A DNA stretch of 46,530 nt, taken from Basidiobolus ranarum. Taxonomy: Eukaryota. Shown here one piece after another: positions 11,026 through 24,504 of this stretch. Each line of letters opens with the position of its first letter. Position 1 is the first letter of the stretch. The notes beneath the pieces were generated by a model. The model was not told the origin of the DNA, did not search any database, and saw nothing but the letters and a program-made list of their open reading frames with translations. The position numbers and the translations under genes are program-made. Location of the stretch: assembly GCA_040143965.1 (NCBI GenBank), contig JASJQH010006898.1:1-46530 (forward strand). The letters are read 5' to 3'.

Positions 11026-13594
11026 ATGGATGGTCTCGTAAACGTCGCAAGTAAACTTTCTCTCTTCAACGAGGAGGAAGACAGCCTTATCAATAAGCTT
11101 ATCGACCTAAGCCAGCCAAAACTAGTTGATGGGAAAAAAGAAAAGTCTTTTATTCGTCAAAAAGAATATGAGTTGCCAACAGGGACTATAATTTCCAGTT
11201 GGAAGTTCACCGAATATCTTTATTCCAGAGATCCTTGTCCTTTCCCAACCTTAGCTCGTGGGTTATTTACTACAACAACCAAAGATGGTCATCACAAGAT
11301 ATTGATTCGTGGTTATGATAAATTTTTTAACGTTGGTGAAGTAAAGCAAACTGAGGTATTGTGCTCTAGAATGTAATATCTATATATGCGGGTGCATATA
11401 TATTGTTCCCGTTTGCGAAATCTCATAAACTAATATTATACTTCAGTGGGAATGGATAAAAGATAACACACTAGGTCCTTATGAAGTTACCATCAAAGAG
11501 AATGGCTGTATTATCTTTGTTTCAAGTTTACCCGAAGGTGGTTTGCTAGTAACAAGTAAACACGCTATGGGTCCTAATGAGAATCGTTCCGTTTCTCACT
11601 CGCAAAAAGGCCAAGAGTGGTTACTGAAACATTTACACAGCAAAGGGAAAACTTCGGAAGAGTTCGAGGAATTTCTTCGAAAACACGACATTACAGCAGT
11701 ATTTGAGGTGAGATATTAGCTGCATATATTCTATACTATTTGAAGGATTTGTTGGTAACCAGTAAATTTATTAGCTCTGTGATGATACATTTGAAGAACA
11801 TGTTCTCGAGTACCCATTGGAAAGCTCAGGAATGTATCTACACGGGATAAATCACAACACAGTCAAACTTGAAACTTGGACATCCTCTCAAGTAAGAGCT
11901 TGTGCCCAAGAGTTCGGATTTTTCGAAGTGAATTCCATAATAAAGGATAACCTAAGCGAGGTTCGTTCGTTTGTGGACGAGGTTAGAGAGACCGGAATGT
12001 TCCAAGGTCGAGCAATTGAGGGGTTTGTTGTAAGATGTAGACGACTTGATACAAATCAAGCATACTTCTTCAAGGTGAAATATGATGAACCTTATTTGAT
12101 GTATCGTGAGTGGCGAGAGGTCACTCTTCGTATCATCCAAGGAAAGCCTTATAGAAACAGATACGAGCTAACCAAGCAATACGGTGCCTGGGTGAAAAAG
12201 AAATTTGAGTTAGAGCCAGAGCTCTTCAAATCATTTACTGTGGGTATCGGAATCATAAAAATTCGAAACCTGTTTCTAGAGTTCAACAAAAATCCAAATT
12301 GGTCGTTGGAAATTGAGAAACCCAAGGGCTCTAAGAAAACTCTGATTTTCTCAGTCGCAATTCCTGGATGCGGTAAACTCGAGCCTAATTCATAACATCT
12401 CTTCATTGTGTATTCTGATGCAATCTTTTTAGGCAAAACAACTTTGTTTCTGGCTTTGTCCAAATTATTTGGGTTTCAGCTCATTCAAAACGACAATATG
12501 GAACAAAAGAAAAAAGCAAAGATTGTATTTGAGAAAGCAGTGGTGTCGAAATTCGAGCATTGCGATATCGTTCTTGCTGATAAGTAATTATACTCAAATC
12601 TCTTATCTTGGTCCTGGCACGTGACTAACTATGTTATATTATCTTTAGGAATAATCATATTCCTGGGAACAGAGAGGGTCTCACCAACATGTTCCTCAAC
12701 AAGTATCCAGATTCAAAGGTCATAGTAATCAATTGGTCAATCTCATCGTATCCTTCAGACAAAGTCTACGATATTGTTTATAGGCGACTCCTTTCCCGTG
12801 GTGAGAACCACCAATCACTGACACCAAAACGAACCAAGGGATTTCCTTCTATAATTCGACGCTTTCTAAACGAGTATGTCAACGTGGATCCTAGCAGGGA
12901 TGCTGACTCTTTAATTTCTAATGTAATCCAGTTGAATCCTTTTGATGACGCTGAAGCTAACCTTCGCGCTACAATCGATGCACTCTGCCCTCTTCTTGAT
13001 AGAGAGAAGCCGGAGGAAGAGAAAATCAAAGCGGCCTTGAGTTACGCTTCGAAGTTTCAGCCAACATTTAGGAAGGATTCTAATACTTTCACTAGTTTTA
13101 AGATTGGTTACTATGCCATACTATTTAATGATATCCCCGACGTGCTTCGAGATTACTTTTCACAGCATCCTGACATTGATGCTTCATTCTTTCATACGTT
13201 AGAGTCTAAAGGTCGCATCAAGATTCCTCATCATATTACATTGGTTCATAGAAGAGATGCGGAAAAATCACCAAAAGATCAAGAGGTTTTTGATTACTAC
13301 AGCAATCTTCTGAAAAACCACACGAAGCCTTCTGTAAAAATATCCGTTAGTCACTTGGTTTGGAACGACAAACTGATGGTCTTGAAAGCTCAAATTTGCC
13401 GCGATGATATACCTACAAACAGTCAACATCTTCATATCACCGTTGGTACTATATCCGATGAAGTTAAACCTTTTCAAGCAGCCTCAGTGTTAAAGTCAGC
13501 GTTCCAATCCAGCAAGGAGTTACCTGAATCTCATATCGTGACCATTGAACCTCCTTTGGAATTCGAAGGCCTGCTAGAGGTGTTCATTCTGTAG
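11026..13594 (+). CDS. TRL1: Fungal trifunctional tRNA ligase (adenylyltransferase, kinase, cyclic phosphodiesterase)
   Basis: PTLARGLF, RGYDKFFN, motif I KENG, TSKH, ELCDDTFEEH, EGFVVRC, P-loop GCGKTT, QND, ADKNNH, and 2H motifs HITL and HITVG. Four GT-AG introns. Confidence 0.95.
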
Positions 13595-13884
13595 ACCTTG
13601 TAATAATTCAAGATACCTGGGTAGTATTTGTAAGCATGTCAATTCAATAAAGCTACCCATCGCTAGTTGAATAATATGCCAGATTTCATCCGTTTCAGTC
13701 AACGAATTCACTTAAAAAGACAGACAAAAACACCAATTTCGATTAGAAAAGATTTCCGAAAGATTGTAGAATAAAATTGATGGAAATCATCAAATACTAA
13801 GTTTTAAAATTGAACCATCGTATTAGTCTTCAACAAAATATCATAACTGAGCGACTCCTGAAGCTGCCTTTAAGAGTTCATTCA

Positions 13885-15640
13885 ATGGCATACAAAGAAA
13901 AGTACCATAAGATTAGAAATCGGTTTTATGATGCCGCCGAGGTAGATATCTATTTTTATGAGTTTCTTTACATAGAAAGGATATATATATATAAGGTTTA
14001 ACATCTTTCTTTTAATCCAGGAAAATGAAATGTTACTTGCCTCATACCAAAAAATTGGAAAGAAATTAAAAAAGATCTCCCATGAAAATAGGTGGGTTGA
14101 TGTTTCATTTGTTCTACAGATTAAGTTTTCTCACTAATTATGCCAACGGTAAAGTCATTTACTTGATCTTGTTATGGAGTTGAGACCCGATGTGCAAGAC
14201 GATCTCTCGTAAGTTAGAATTCCTGCATATATATCTTTTAAATATTGGAATGTCTGAGTTTTTATCTCTTAGTTCAACTACGGAAGAGGATTTTTTGAGT
14301 GAAGGTTCTGTAGATTCCAGTGATTCCGATAAACAAGTAGGAAGTGATTTGGAAAGTGATGAGGATGCCATATTTCCTTCTTTAGGTAGGTTAACTTTCT
14401 TTCACGACTTTAAGGATAAAACCTCATAGATACTTATCGTGTCCCGACTAGATCCACGAAATAAAACGCGTTCTTCGAAAACACAACATGAGAGGGAAAA
14501 AAGAAAGGTAACGGAAAGTATCCATCATGCTTTTTGGTAAGTTTATTCACAAGTATTTCTATATAGGCACGAATGAACATAGATTCGGGAGTCAAACGCA
14601 AAAGACGAACAGGAGTATGTGTTGTTGATACTCTTATAATTAATGTTGCACTATATTCATTCGTATATCGTTTGCTCCATTGTATTAGAAACGCGACGAC
14701 AGAACAGATGCCAAGCCCATTGAGGTAGTTATTTGCCATATGATTACAACTTCTACTTATCTCGCTAACTTTATATCAACATGTGTATTTTTATCCAATT
14801 TAGCATCTTCCGAAGGATAATAATGGCAAACTCATATTACCAGTTACAGTAGGCAAAGGCGGAGATGAAGTCACCATCGTTAGTATTGGTAAGAACATTT
14901 AGAACTGAGAATAATTTCTATTCCTCACCTATAATGTCATTAAATGCTATTTTTTTAGGCCGAGTAATATGGGAAAAAGAGGCTTATCATACCCCTCGTT
15001 ACATATGGCCAGTAGGGTTCCATAGCGAAAAGCTTTATACCAGTATGTTGGATGGAAATAAGAAGACCATTTATGTCTCCGAGATTTTAGAAGGAGAAGA
15101 GGCTCCAGTAGTCAGTACCAACTTGAAATATTGTTTCAATGCTTATTCGTAATATTTACAACATTCTAGTTCCAAGTCACAGCTGAGGATCAACCTGGTC
15201 GTAAATTTGTGGCCAATTCAGCTAGTGGAGTGTGGAAACAGGTGCTTGATGAAATCATGGCTAAAGGGTTCGGCGCCAAAACTCATGCCAGTGGACCACA
15301 ATTATACGGCATTAATAATTTAGGAATTACTAAGCATATTCAGGTAATTATATTGTGATACTGTGGCAATTTGTGATCAACCTTTAAATTCCTTCTGCAG
15401 GAACTTGCTGGTGCTGAAAAGTGTTCTAAATACGTAATGCAACGCTGGATTGATTCAGATAAAGAACGACACAAAAGCACCAAAGCCCAAGATAAAGGTG
15501 GTGTTCCTAATATTAGGGTTACAAACTATGCTTCGGAGACTGAATCTGGATCTGAAGGGGACGATAAAGCACAAAACTTTCGACATCGTAGCCAGTCTGT
15601 AACCGGATCAATATCTATGAGTGACCGCGATTCAGAATGA
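13885..15640 (+). CDS. FYRN/FYRC domain protein (TBRG1-like chromatin factor), multi-exon
   Basis: N-terminal coiled coil YKEKYHKIR..ENEMLL. FYRN: IGRVIWEKEAYHTPRYIWPVGFHSEKLYTSM. FYRC: SASGVWKQVL..SGPQLYGI..IQELAGAEKCSKY. Confidence 0.85.
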
Positions 15641-15927
15641 GCAAAGTCATTTGCCAATACAACAATTTTTCTAGATTTCTTTTCCTTGTCAGTCAGCACA
15701 AAAGGCTTAATAATGTAAATGTAAATTAAACCATGCTAGTTCTTGGATTGTTTTGAACAACGTCTATCACGTAGGTGAAGTTGAGATATTCGCATTTATT
15801 CATGTAATTTAAATGGTCGATGTTTTTGGAGAAACATATATTTTTTTGGTCCGAGTATTGAACCAATTATGGTGTAGCTCTAGTAAACCTGACCTTTCCT
15901 CGATAGTAACCAATTTCAAACCAGATT

Positions 15928-16878
15928 TTAAGACTTGAGGGCAGAGATATGTGAGGACATTGTTTGAATTTGAATACGAGATCTATCGCTGAAGTTGGTT
16001 GTATTGAAAGTGGTGATTGGACTGGCTGAAATAGGTAGTGGTGTAGTAGGAACAAGGATCCCATCCCGGATCTGCCGATGAAGGACTGCTAATTGCTCAG
16101 TACAAAGTTTAGATTCCAAAGCCCCTGTTGATCTCATTAATATATGTCTTATCAAGTAAGTAAATAAAGGAAACTTACATCTCAATTGGAAGATTACTTC
16201 AGGGTTGAGACCAGCGGGAGTTTGAGATAGCATCAGGCTATGAGCTATCAGCGAAAAGATGCTACTAGCCATAGTGTAGCCAGCACCGTTCTTGGAGAGA
16301 GTTTTTCGATAAGATTGACGAGAAATTATAATGGAGTAAAGTGCGTATCCACTCCACCACAGCAGCAAGAAGCTATTAATTGCGAGCTCAACTACTGATA
16401 CCAATTGAAACGCACTGGGTTGAGCACTGTAAGTGCATTCTCTAAACATACCAGTGCTTGGGCTCACCCTTCCAAGGTACATGACCATGCTTGACAACTT
16501 CCCTACGAACAATGTAATGGCCATGAACAACAAAAAAGAGCGTAGCTGATTGGTGGATGTGTAGCATCGTATGAAGAAAATCACGAACAGTAGAGATGTG
16601 TTTACAAAGTATATCAAGGGATTAAAGTAGCTCTTGAAAGTACAGTTTGATGTGGCGATGTAGTCAGATACACGTGATAGATGGCACACAATAGCAAAAA
16701 AACTCTGTGCAAAGCAGAGTATAAATAGGATGTCGTTTGAATGTTTCCTGATCATTCTCAAAGAAACAAACCCATTGCTTAGATGTATCATCAACGTGAA
16801 AGAGTACACGATCATAGCCGAGTTAATCATGACAAACCATTCCTTGGAGAACTTTGCGAAATTTGTGTCGTCGTCCAT
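15928..16878 (-). CDS. Orphan multi-pass (about 7 TM) membrane protein, GPCR-like topology
   Basis: Seven hydrophobic segments; Cys before TM3 (SNCTFK) and in the loop after TM4 (RECTY). Probable 54-nt in-frame intron 16178-16125 (GTAAGT..CAG). Confidence 0.7.
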   Translation of the reverse strand: MDDDTNFAKFSKEWFVMINSAMIVYSFTLMIHLSNGFVSLRMIRKHSNDILFILCFAQSFFAIVCHLSRVSDYIATSNCTFKSYFNPLIYFVNTSLLFVIFFIRCYTSTNQLRSFLLFMAITLFVGKLSSMVMYLGRVSPSTGMFRECTYSAQPSAFQLVSVVELAINSFLLLWWSGYALYSIIISRQSYRKTLSKNGAGYTMASSIFSLIAHSLMLSQTPAGLNPEVIFQLRCKFPLFTYLIRHILMRSTGALESKLCTEQLAVLHRQIRDGILVPTTPLPISASPITTFNTTNFSDRSRIQIQTMSSHISALKS

Positions 16879-17639
16879 CGAAAAGAGTTACGATTGCAGG
16901 GATGTACTGGGGGTTATTCGATCTATCAACTATTATATAGCAAAAAAACTGACATAGACTGCAGAGATTGACAAGCTTGTATTCTATCCCATTTTTCGTA
17001 AATTGATTGCAGTGAATATGTCTTATTACGGTTTGACTCTGAATCACTCAGATGTACATGCAAATGTAATGGGAGTAAAAACAGCGAAACGAATGTTTAT
17101 TGAAAGGGGTTTTCCCGGTAAAATTTGTCTTAGCTAAGCTCAAACAAATCGGCACGTAGCCTATTGTAAAAAGGGCTACCTAGTACTTTTTACCCATCTT
17201 GGCCCAATCACGTTGATAACTCAGTCATCTCCAAACTTCTATTAAAACTTACAATGTAAGTGCTGTAGTGCCCGCGATGGAAGGTGTTAGCCTTGAGCCT
17301 TTAGCGTTGAGTGTTCAGAAATTCAAATCTACTTGATTCAGGAATTTAGGGTTAGGATTAGCGTGAGATTAGTATGGGGTATATTAAATCGTTTCTATAT
17401 AAAATCATAGTGTGACGCTCAATATTCCAGAGTAGATCAAGTTGCAAGATTACCGCAGCCCAGATAAGAAAGATCCCATCTACATAATCTGTACTCCCCA
17501 TGTATTTTACACCTCATGGGGACGATTCTTTCAGAGACTGGAAAAATTCTACCCCAGTTAGGCAATTTGATTAGGCATGATATCTTTCACTCGTTGAAGG
17601 CTTTTCGACTTCAGACATATATCTTTCAGCACAGCTAAA

Positions 17640-18427
17640 ATGAACGCTCTTAGAACAGCTTCCCGTTTGGTGAGCATTCTTTAATATAATAGCTTTTTTA
17701 TCCTCTACTCAAGGTTAACATATGAACACATCGATTTCAGGCCATTCGCCCTAGCTTATTGGTTTCTAAGCAACTCACACTCGGCCCAAAGCTTGGTATC
17801 TCTGTTAGATTCATTTCCGACGATCTCAAGCAATCTATTGATAAGGTAAAGATTGCAGTGTCTATGTCTTATTGACAACGATTCTAATAACAAATAATAC
17901 TTTAGGCCATCAAAGAAAATGATGTTTGTCTTTTCATGAAGGGTACTCCTGAAGAGCCTATGGTAAATTAAAGAGATATTACAGAGATACAAGATGACTA
18001 TTACTAAAACTTTGTTTTATAGTGCGGATTTAGCAGAGCTGTTGCTGCTATTCTTGACGTTCATGGTACATTGCCTTAGCGAAATTCTTGATATTATTTG
18101 CGATATACTTATCATTATTTCTAATTAGGTGTTAAAAACATCAAATCATTTAACATTCTGGAAGATCCGGAGCTCAGAAATGGCATCAAGGAATATTCGT
18201 AATTATTGTTCCGTTGCAGTTTGTATGGTAGAATTCACAGCTAAAACCTAATTTATTTTAGTAACTGGCCCACTATTCCTCAAGTTTACATCAAAGGAGA
18301 CTTTGTAGGTGGATGCGATATTATGTTGAATATGCATCAATCTGGGGAGTTGGAGCAACTTCTTATTAAAGAGAATATCATTTCTCCTGAAGCAGAGGAG
18401 GAAAGCAAGGAGAAGCCTTCTGCATAG
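17640..18427 (+). CDS. GRX5: Mitochondrial monothiol glutaredoxin, 6 exons
   Basis: Presequence-like [52 protein letters not shown]. Not in the ORF track because its exons are short. Confidence 0.95.
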
Positions 18428-18627
18428 AGTTCAACATCTTGTTTACTTTGAGTTTCGCCAGAGCATATACACTAGTCATCTGTTTCCCTATTTTTTTTTG
18501 CAGATTGTTCATTGACGTAGCATTTTTCCAATAAAATTATCATTGCATTACATACAGGATTGTATTTCAATTTGGAACTGTATACTATTATTATTATTAT
18601 TAAAGGGTTATTAAACGGTACTGCTGA

Positions 18628-19986
18628 TCACTCATTCATACACAACAAGGAACAAAAGGCTGTGATTGATAAGTACTGTTAGAGCTAAAGCATTGCACGA
18701 AGCACACAATGATAGGTCCACTTACTTTGACGGCAAATGGGACAACAGTTTGATCTAGATTGTAATTCCTCGGCACACCCCTTACACAGACAGGAGTGTC
18801 GACAAGGAAGTATTGTTGTAGTTACTGTTTCAGTCAAGCAGATAATGCACTCTTCGGTCGCGTTTTTGGCAAAAGGTGGTTCATCACAAGAAATCCCATC
18901 ATCCACCTGAGAACGACCGTAAATCTTCTGCACAAGAAAAGTGGTGTCATTGATCTAATGGGGTAAAGTCACTACAGGGTTGCTATTTTGAAAGAAAATT
19001 TTGAAAATTTACATGGAATTTTTGTTTCAGTGGCTGAATATTGTATTCACGTTCATCATTGATAGTGAAATTGCAGAAGGTTAGCAGAGCCGTATGCGGT
19101 GTATCTTATTTCACGCAGTTAATACCATCTTGAAGAAACCACCTACAAACAGACACTTTACCTCCAGTAGGGACTGTCTCCATTAATATCACGAGTGGAT
19201 ACCAGACATCCACAAGGTCGTGGCAGACTTGATCGATTTGCGAGATACTATCTATAGAGGATTGGTATTCGTTTGATACATCTTGACTCGATCGGAAATC
19301 GTTGATTTTTGGCTGCATTACTAAATCTTTGAAGCAATATTTACTCACCTGTAGCAATTGATCTTCCGGAAGAATAAATTGTTGTGCAATTCCCGAAGAA
19401 CAAGAGTATGACTTCGGACAGTCTGAATATTTCTGATGAAGACTGTAACAGAGTTAAATACGTGGAAATTGTTTCGAAGATGTTGATGGTTGGCATACCG
19501 AATATTGGCTTTGGTATGCTGATCCTCTTTAGCCATCCAGAATAACCGGATATTACATTCTTCTTCAGCATCGAAGGTAAACCTCAATTGATATGTGTTC
19601 GCCTCAGAGGTTTTCAATAGCTTTAGAGATGTCATTCTGAGATTAATGCTTGGATAAAACACATTAGAAGAGGCTAGGAAAGACTTTCATGGACAGAGTT
19701 AGAGTGTAATTGAGTATAAAGCATGTGTTGCGGTATTTACTTCGCTTGTAGAAAGAGCACCTTTGGAACTCACAGAGTTCATGACAGGTATTTCGTTCCA
19801 TGAGTTTTGATTCGATTGATCAGAGTTGCTAGACGTTTGAACTTCCAAGTAAGGCCCAAAATAAAGAAATTCAGTAAAATGACTGGGATCACTCTCATCT
19901 ATATAGAGTATAGCTAGTCTGGACAAGCTATATATTTCCGATAAAGCAAGCCGCAAAGAAGAGCCAAGTCGAGTGAAGAAGTCCAT
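18628..19986 (-). CDS. RING E3 ubiquitin ligase, MGRN1/RNF157/LOG2-like
   Basis: YFGP, INLRMTSLKL..YQLRFTFDA..C.I, GIAQQFILP, YPLVI, QKIYG, and C-terminal C3HC4 RING ECIICL..ILPCRHSCLCKGCAEEL..CPICRQ. Confidence 0.85.
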
Positions 19987-20348
19987 GAGCTGTATAATAG
20001 ATTGCAAGTTACTTCAGTTTCTCTCGAAATGAGGTTTTAGAATAATTAAGATATAAGGAAGAAAATCACCCACATACCTTTATATGCCTTTTATTAATAC
20101 TCTGAATTTCGGGCATATTCCAAAGTCTCGGGATAAACAAAAATTTCGAAACTTAGTTTTATTTATTGACATGTTCATCGAGGGAATCTATCATTAGTTA
20201 AACTTGAGGGGAGGATGGAATTTAATTAACAATTATTAAATCCATCCAATTTATATGATGAACAATGCTGTGACTGAGTTTCACTGCACAATTTAGCACA
20301 AAGACATACTCAACTTGTTAAACGTGGCCTAGACTTGCACATCTGACA

Positions 20349-22959
20349 ATGATGACCCAAAAACATGAACAGCAACAAAAGACCGAAGAAGATATTGCTG
20401 AATTAGAATTTCTCGAGGAGAGTTTACGCCGTGCAAATTTACTTACTGACACGACGGTACATTCCAAAATTTTCATAACAATTAACCGACAATTTCAATT
20501 AATCTTTCGAAAAAGGTGGGAATGTTACGGTCCTTCGATGATAGACTGCTAAAACTGGAGGCATCAATTATACCTATTCACAAATCGACCCAAAGACTCT
20601 CTCGTGTTGTGGATAGTATCCTTTTTTGTGTATTTTATGAAAGTTTAATTGCTCGATGAAACGATTCCTCTTGACTCTTCTCTTGTAAGATCTCGATAGA
20701 ACTACCTATTCTGTAGAAAGTATTTTGCAATATTTCGACTTGGCAGTTCGTGAAGAAGTGGTCATCTTAAAGGGGTAGGCATTTTAGTTACGTATTGTGC
20801 AAATTGGTCCAAACATTCTGTACTAATTACGCTTAGTCCTGATGAAAATGATCTCATGGCATATTACCAATCTGTGAATAATATCAAAAATGCTCTTCAG
20901 TTTCTTACCCAAACTCGTTTGAAGAGTGCTGAAAAAGTGATGACTCAGCTGGTAAGATAAATAAGACCATCTCTTCAAACCTTATCATTACAATGTTTGA
21001 CATAAATGCACAACAGAGACAATTATCGAAAGTTGCTCTTCAACAACTCAAGGAATTATTTCGCAAGAGACTACAAGCAAATACAGTTGAAATCGAGCCA
21101 ACTAAATACATTGATGAAGGTAGTATAGAGTATCATATCACCTATGTGACATAGCACCTTTCATTCACACATAAACTTAGACATACCCATCATTCCGTCC
21201 AATGAATTGGAAAAACTATCCAATATCTGCGTGTATCTTTCCAACTCAGAATCTGACATCGACATGAAGGTGGAACTTTCCAAGATATTTGCTGAGATTC
21301 GATCCAATTGCCTAGTGAAATCTTTTGCTGGAATTGCTCAAGCAGTAAATTCAGGAAACAAAGAATCTGCCAACACCTACCAACAAGGAACCAGTCCCTA
21401 TATTCTGATGACAAAAATATTAATTAAGGCTTTGGAGGTTTGTTGTAAGCCATCTTCACTGCTGTCGATATTTCAAACTCATATGTTTGTGTAGGCCGAG
21501 TACGTGATGGTCCAAAGGCTTATGCCTGAGGCTTTAGTTCAAAGTACCTTCCGTGATACTTTGAATCCTTCGTTGAAACAATGGGTAGAGGCAGGAGAGA
21601 CTCTGGTGACTCGAGTTCGTAGAAACACTCAGGCGGGAATATTTATGGTTTTGGATGTGTTGGAGCACTTTCAGAATGAAATGCCACAATTTGAGCGTAT
21701 CCTTGCGGTATGGGTGCTGGTTTATGCCGATACCTTTTTATCCTACTAAATGTTCAATTTGTGGATTTTACACAGAAAACGGGAAGTCAGCAAAACTCAC
21801 TCTCTGATCTACGTAAAACCTTGCGTAATGTAGCTACTCGTTCGCTCGAGGACTTCTTAGAGGACATACGGGTAGATATGAGTTTGGTCATTCAATTATG
21901 GTCACCTTAGTAACGTACTTGTCATTATTAGAATTCTGCAGCCAGACAGATCGAGTTGTCTAAGGATGGTACTGTCCATGAACTAACCAGTAATGTAAGT
22001 TAACCCAGTTTACTTGGTGATTAGCCATTGATTTAACGAAAGAGGTTACGTTAGGCTTTGAATCACTGTAAACGCTTGCTAGATTATCAAGAAACGGTCG
22101 AGTCACTGCTAACAAATGGTGGCGTCCAAGAGGCCTCAGCTTCCCAAGCGACTGTCCGTAAATACTTTGGTAAATCCTAGTCATTTCATGTGTTTCAACT
22201 TCAACCAACTAATATCCGTTGAATTCTAGCCAACGTCTTGGATGTGGTCATTGCTAACATTAACGAAAAAGCCAAAGGATATAAGAAGCCATATCTTGGC
22301 ACTGTCTTCTTAATGAACAACTACCATTATTTACTTAAAGTAATGCGCAGTACTAAGCTGGAGATGATCCTAGGCTCGGAATTGGTTTCAAAATACGAAA
22401 AGTTAAACAAGAAGCAACAAGACGCCTATCAGGATTGGTAACTTGGTTGATTTTACTCAGCTTAGACCACACAATGACTCAATATTTTTTACAGTTGGAA
22501 ATCGGTGGTTGAGTATCTCATGGACGTGACGTATGTCCGAGGAGGTATACTGAAAAGTAGCTTAACAAGTTCTGAGCGAGCGGCAATTAAGGAAAAATTC
22601 AAGGTAAATCAACCGAATTATCCAGCGGATTCGTTTGGCAAATATTCAACTTTTGTTTGTTAGAATTTCAACAATGATTTTGAAGAGTTGTTCCGAATGC
22701 AAAAATCCTACTCCATTCCTGATCCAGAGTTACGTCAACACATCATACGCAATATCAAGAATTTGGTATTGCCTATGTACTCACGCTTTGTAGAGAAGTA
22801 TAGTGTCCATTACACCGATTGGATGCGTGGCTTATCACTAACACATGCTTATGTAGGTATCGACAGACTGAATTTAGCAAGAATCCCAGCAAATACATCA
22901 AATATGACAGAGACTCACTTGAGCAATACATTGACATGTTGTTTGATACTTCTGCTTAG
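20349..22959 (+). CDS. EXO70: Exocyst subunit Exo70, about 13 exons, with one U12-type intron
   Basis: MLRSFDDRLLKLEASIIPIH, DGTVHELTSN, VFLMNNYHY, AIKEKFKNFNNDFEE, YSIPDPELR, FSKNPSKYIKY. Confidence 0.95.
20616..20689 (+). other. U12-type (minor spliceosome) GT-AG intron in EXO70
   Basis: 5' splice site GTATCCTTT; branch-like TTCCTCTTGAC at 20665-20675, with its A 15 nt from the 3' end. Removal restores VVD-N-LDRT in frame. Confidence 0.8.
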
Positions 22960-23993
22960 TGCATGCTAGACTGCAACCGTCGTTTATCTTGTTACCTTAG
23001 CAACTACATTAACAACCTCAGCCATCGAATGTGATGAATATCTTGTTTCTGTTGCGTATGAGTCAGTGTTTTGAGTCAGACTCAACAATCTAATATATAT
23101 TTATAAAGCAATAAACAATTACCATCTTGTGGTTAGAAGCCGAAGTAGAGATAATTAAATTCTTCCATAATAGGCATAACACACCTGAGTTGGAGATCAA
23201 TCTGGTAGAAGCAAATCTTATATTCACTTCGATCCCATTCAATCTAAAGCATGCCATCCATTCACTGGCCTATTATTGATGATCACATCAATATTTAAAT
23301 CCATCTAAATATTAATTAGTAAAGCCTCCCTCCAAAATACAGGTATTCTTAATGCCATACTGACTTCATCTTTCCTCGGCGATATTATGGCTACAAGTCT
23401 TAAATAAATGTACGAGAACAATGTTCAGTTGATAGCACTAGCCGTAATTACTATCACAACACCCACTTAGTTCCTCGATGCACTATCTAAGCATATATGG
23501 CGGTCATCAAGTACAAAAAGGTTGGTTTTGTACGAGTCTTAACCCTGAATTGAATATTTATTTGTGGTCATATTATTAATTGCCATGGTTTGCCGATAAC
23601 CCGTAGTGCCAACCATGGTACTTGATATGTATACACAATAGTTCCCAGTCGTGTACCAAGAAAAATGAGATATGTTACAAGAATGATTCATTAAGACTTG
23701 GTGATCCTCGACCCCCCTTTTTTGCTACTTCAAAGCAATTTACCTGTTTCTTTCACATTCTGTTCCATTTTCCAAAGATGATTTGTGATCTACTATTTGA
23801 TATTCGATCAGTGTTTCTTGGTAATTAAGCAACTTCCAATCAATTATTAATGTGAGGTGGCTTATGTTTTTTATCTCTTCTCTGCCAAAGGATCAAAGTG
23901 GTGGTGTACTTACGTTTACTCTAGTGAGAAGTAGCTTACATAGTATCTTAACCATCAAATGAGTCAAGGGTCATGTGGGGTCTCGTAAGAATT

Positions 23994-24002
23994 GTAAACA
24001 AA
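23994..24002 (+). promoter_or_regulatory. Forkhead-type site GTAAACAAA upstream of cyclin B
   Basis: Matches the Fkh consensus about 500 bp upstream of a mitotic cyclin. Confidence 0.35.
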
Positions 24003-24504
24003 GTACATATATATACATCGCTGACGTTCGTTCAGATATTTGAATTTCCGATGATCCGTCATGAGCGTTAAATTTGAGTTCATGTGCAGATCAAATCCTT
24101 AAATTATAGGTAGTAGGTATTGTTGATCGTTAATACTTTACTATGAGTATCGTTAATCATTAGAGTTCGAGATCCGATAGTGAGCAAAAACAACCCACAA
24201 AATAGCTGCCTAGTTTATAATCTCACGATGGTATACCTGGGGCTTCATACGTTGTTCCCTTCGATTTTTGTTTCCTTGAGAGGGCATTTCTTTTTCCTCC
24301 ATTGTCCAAATATATTTCCTTCGCAAACGCTTGTCAGTTTGCTATTTAATGAAGCTTAAACTTTTGGCTTGCTAACTTTACCCTTCCGTTGTATCTTTTG
24401 TATTCGGTGGTTTCATTTATCTCTACCTAGAACTTGCGTTTCTTCCCTTTATATCGAAATATTCTTGTCCACTTGATTATATATCGTGTCTAGCCTCTGT
24501 CGGC

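Noticed and set aside
21697-21705. GTATCCTTG within EXO70, plus similar GTATCCT hits near 12748 and 24778
   Set aside because: All fall within in-frame coding sequence. The EXO70 frame requires the GTATGG donor at 21708.
23583-23618. Inverted repeat CCATGGTT..AACCATGG, and TTGAGTC-A-GACTCAA at 23071-23085
   Set aside because: Short isolated palindromes with no supporting context.
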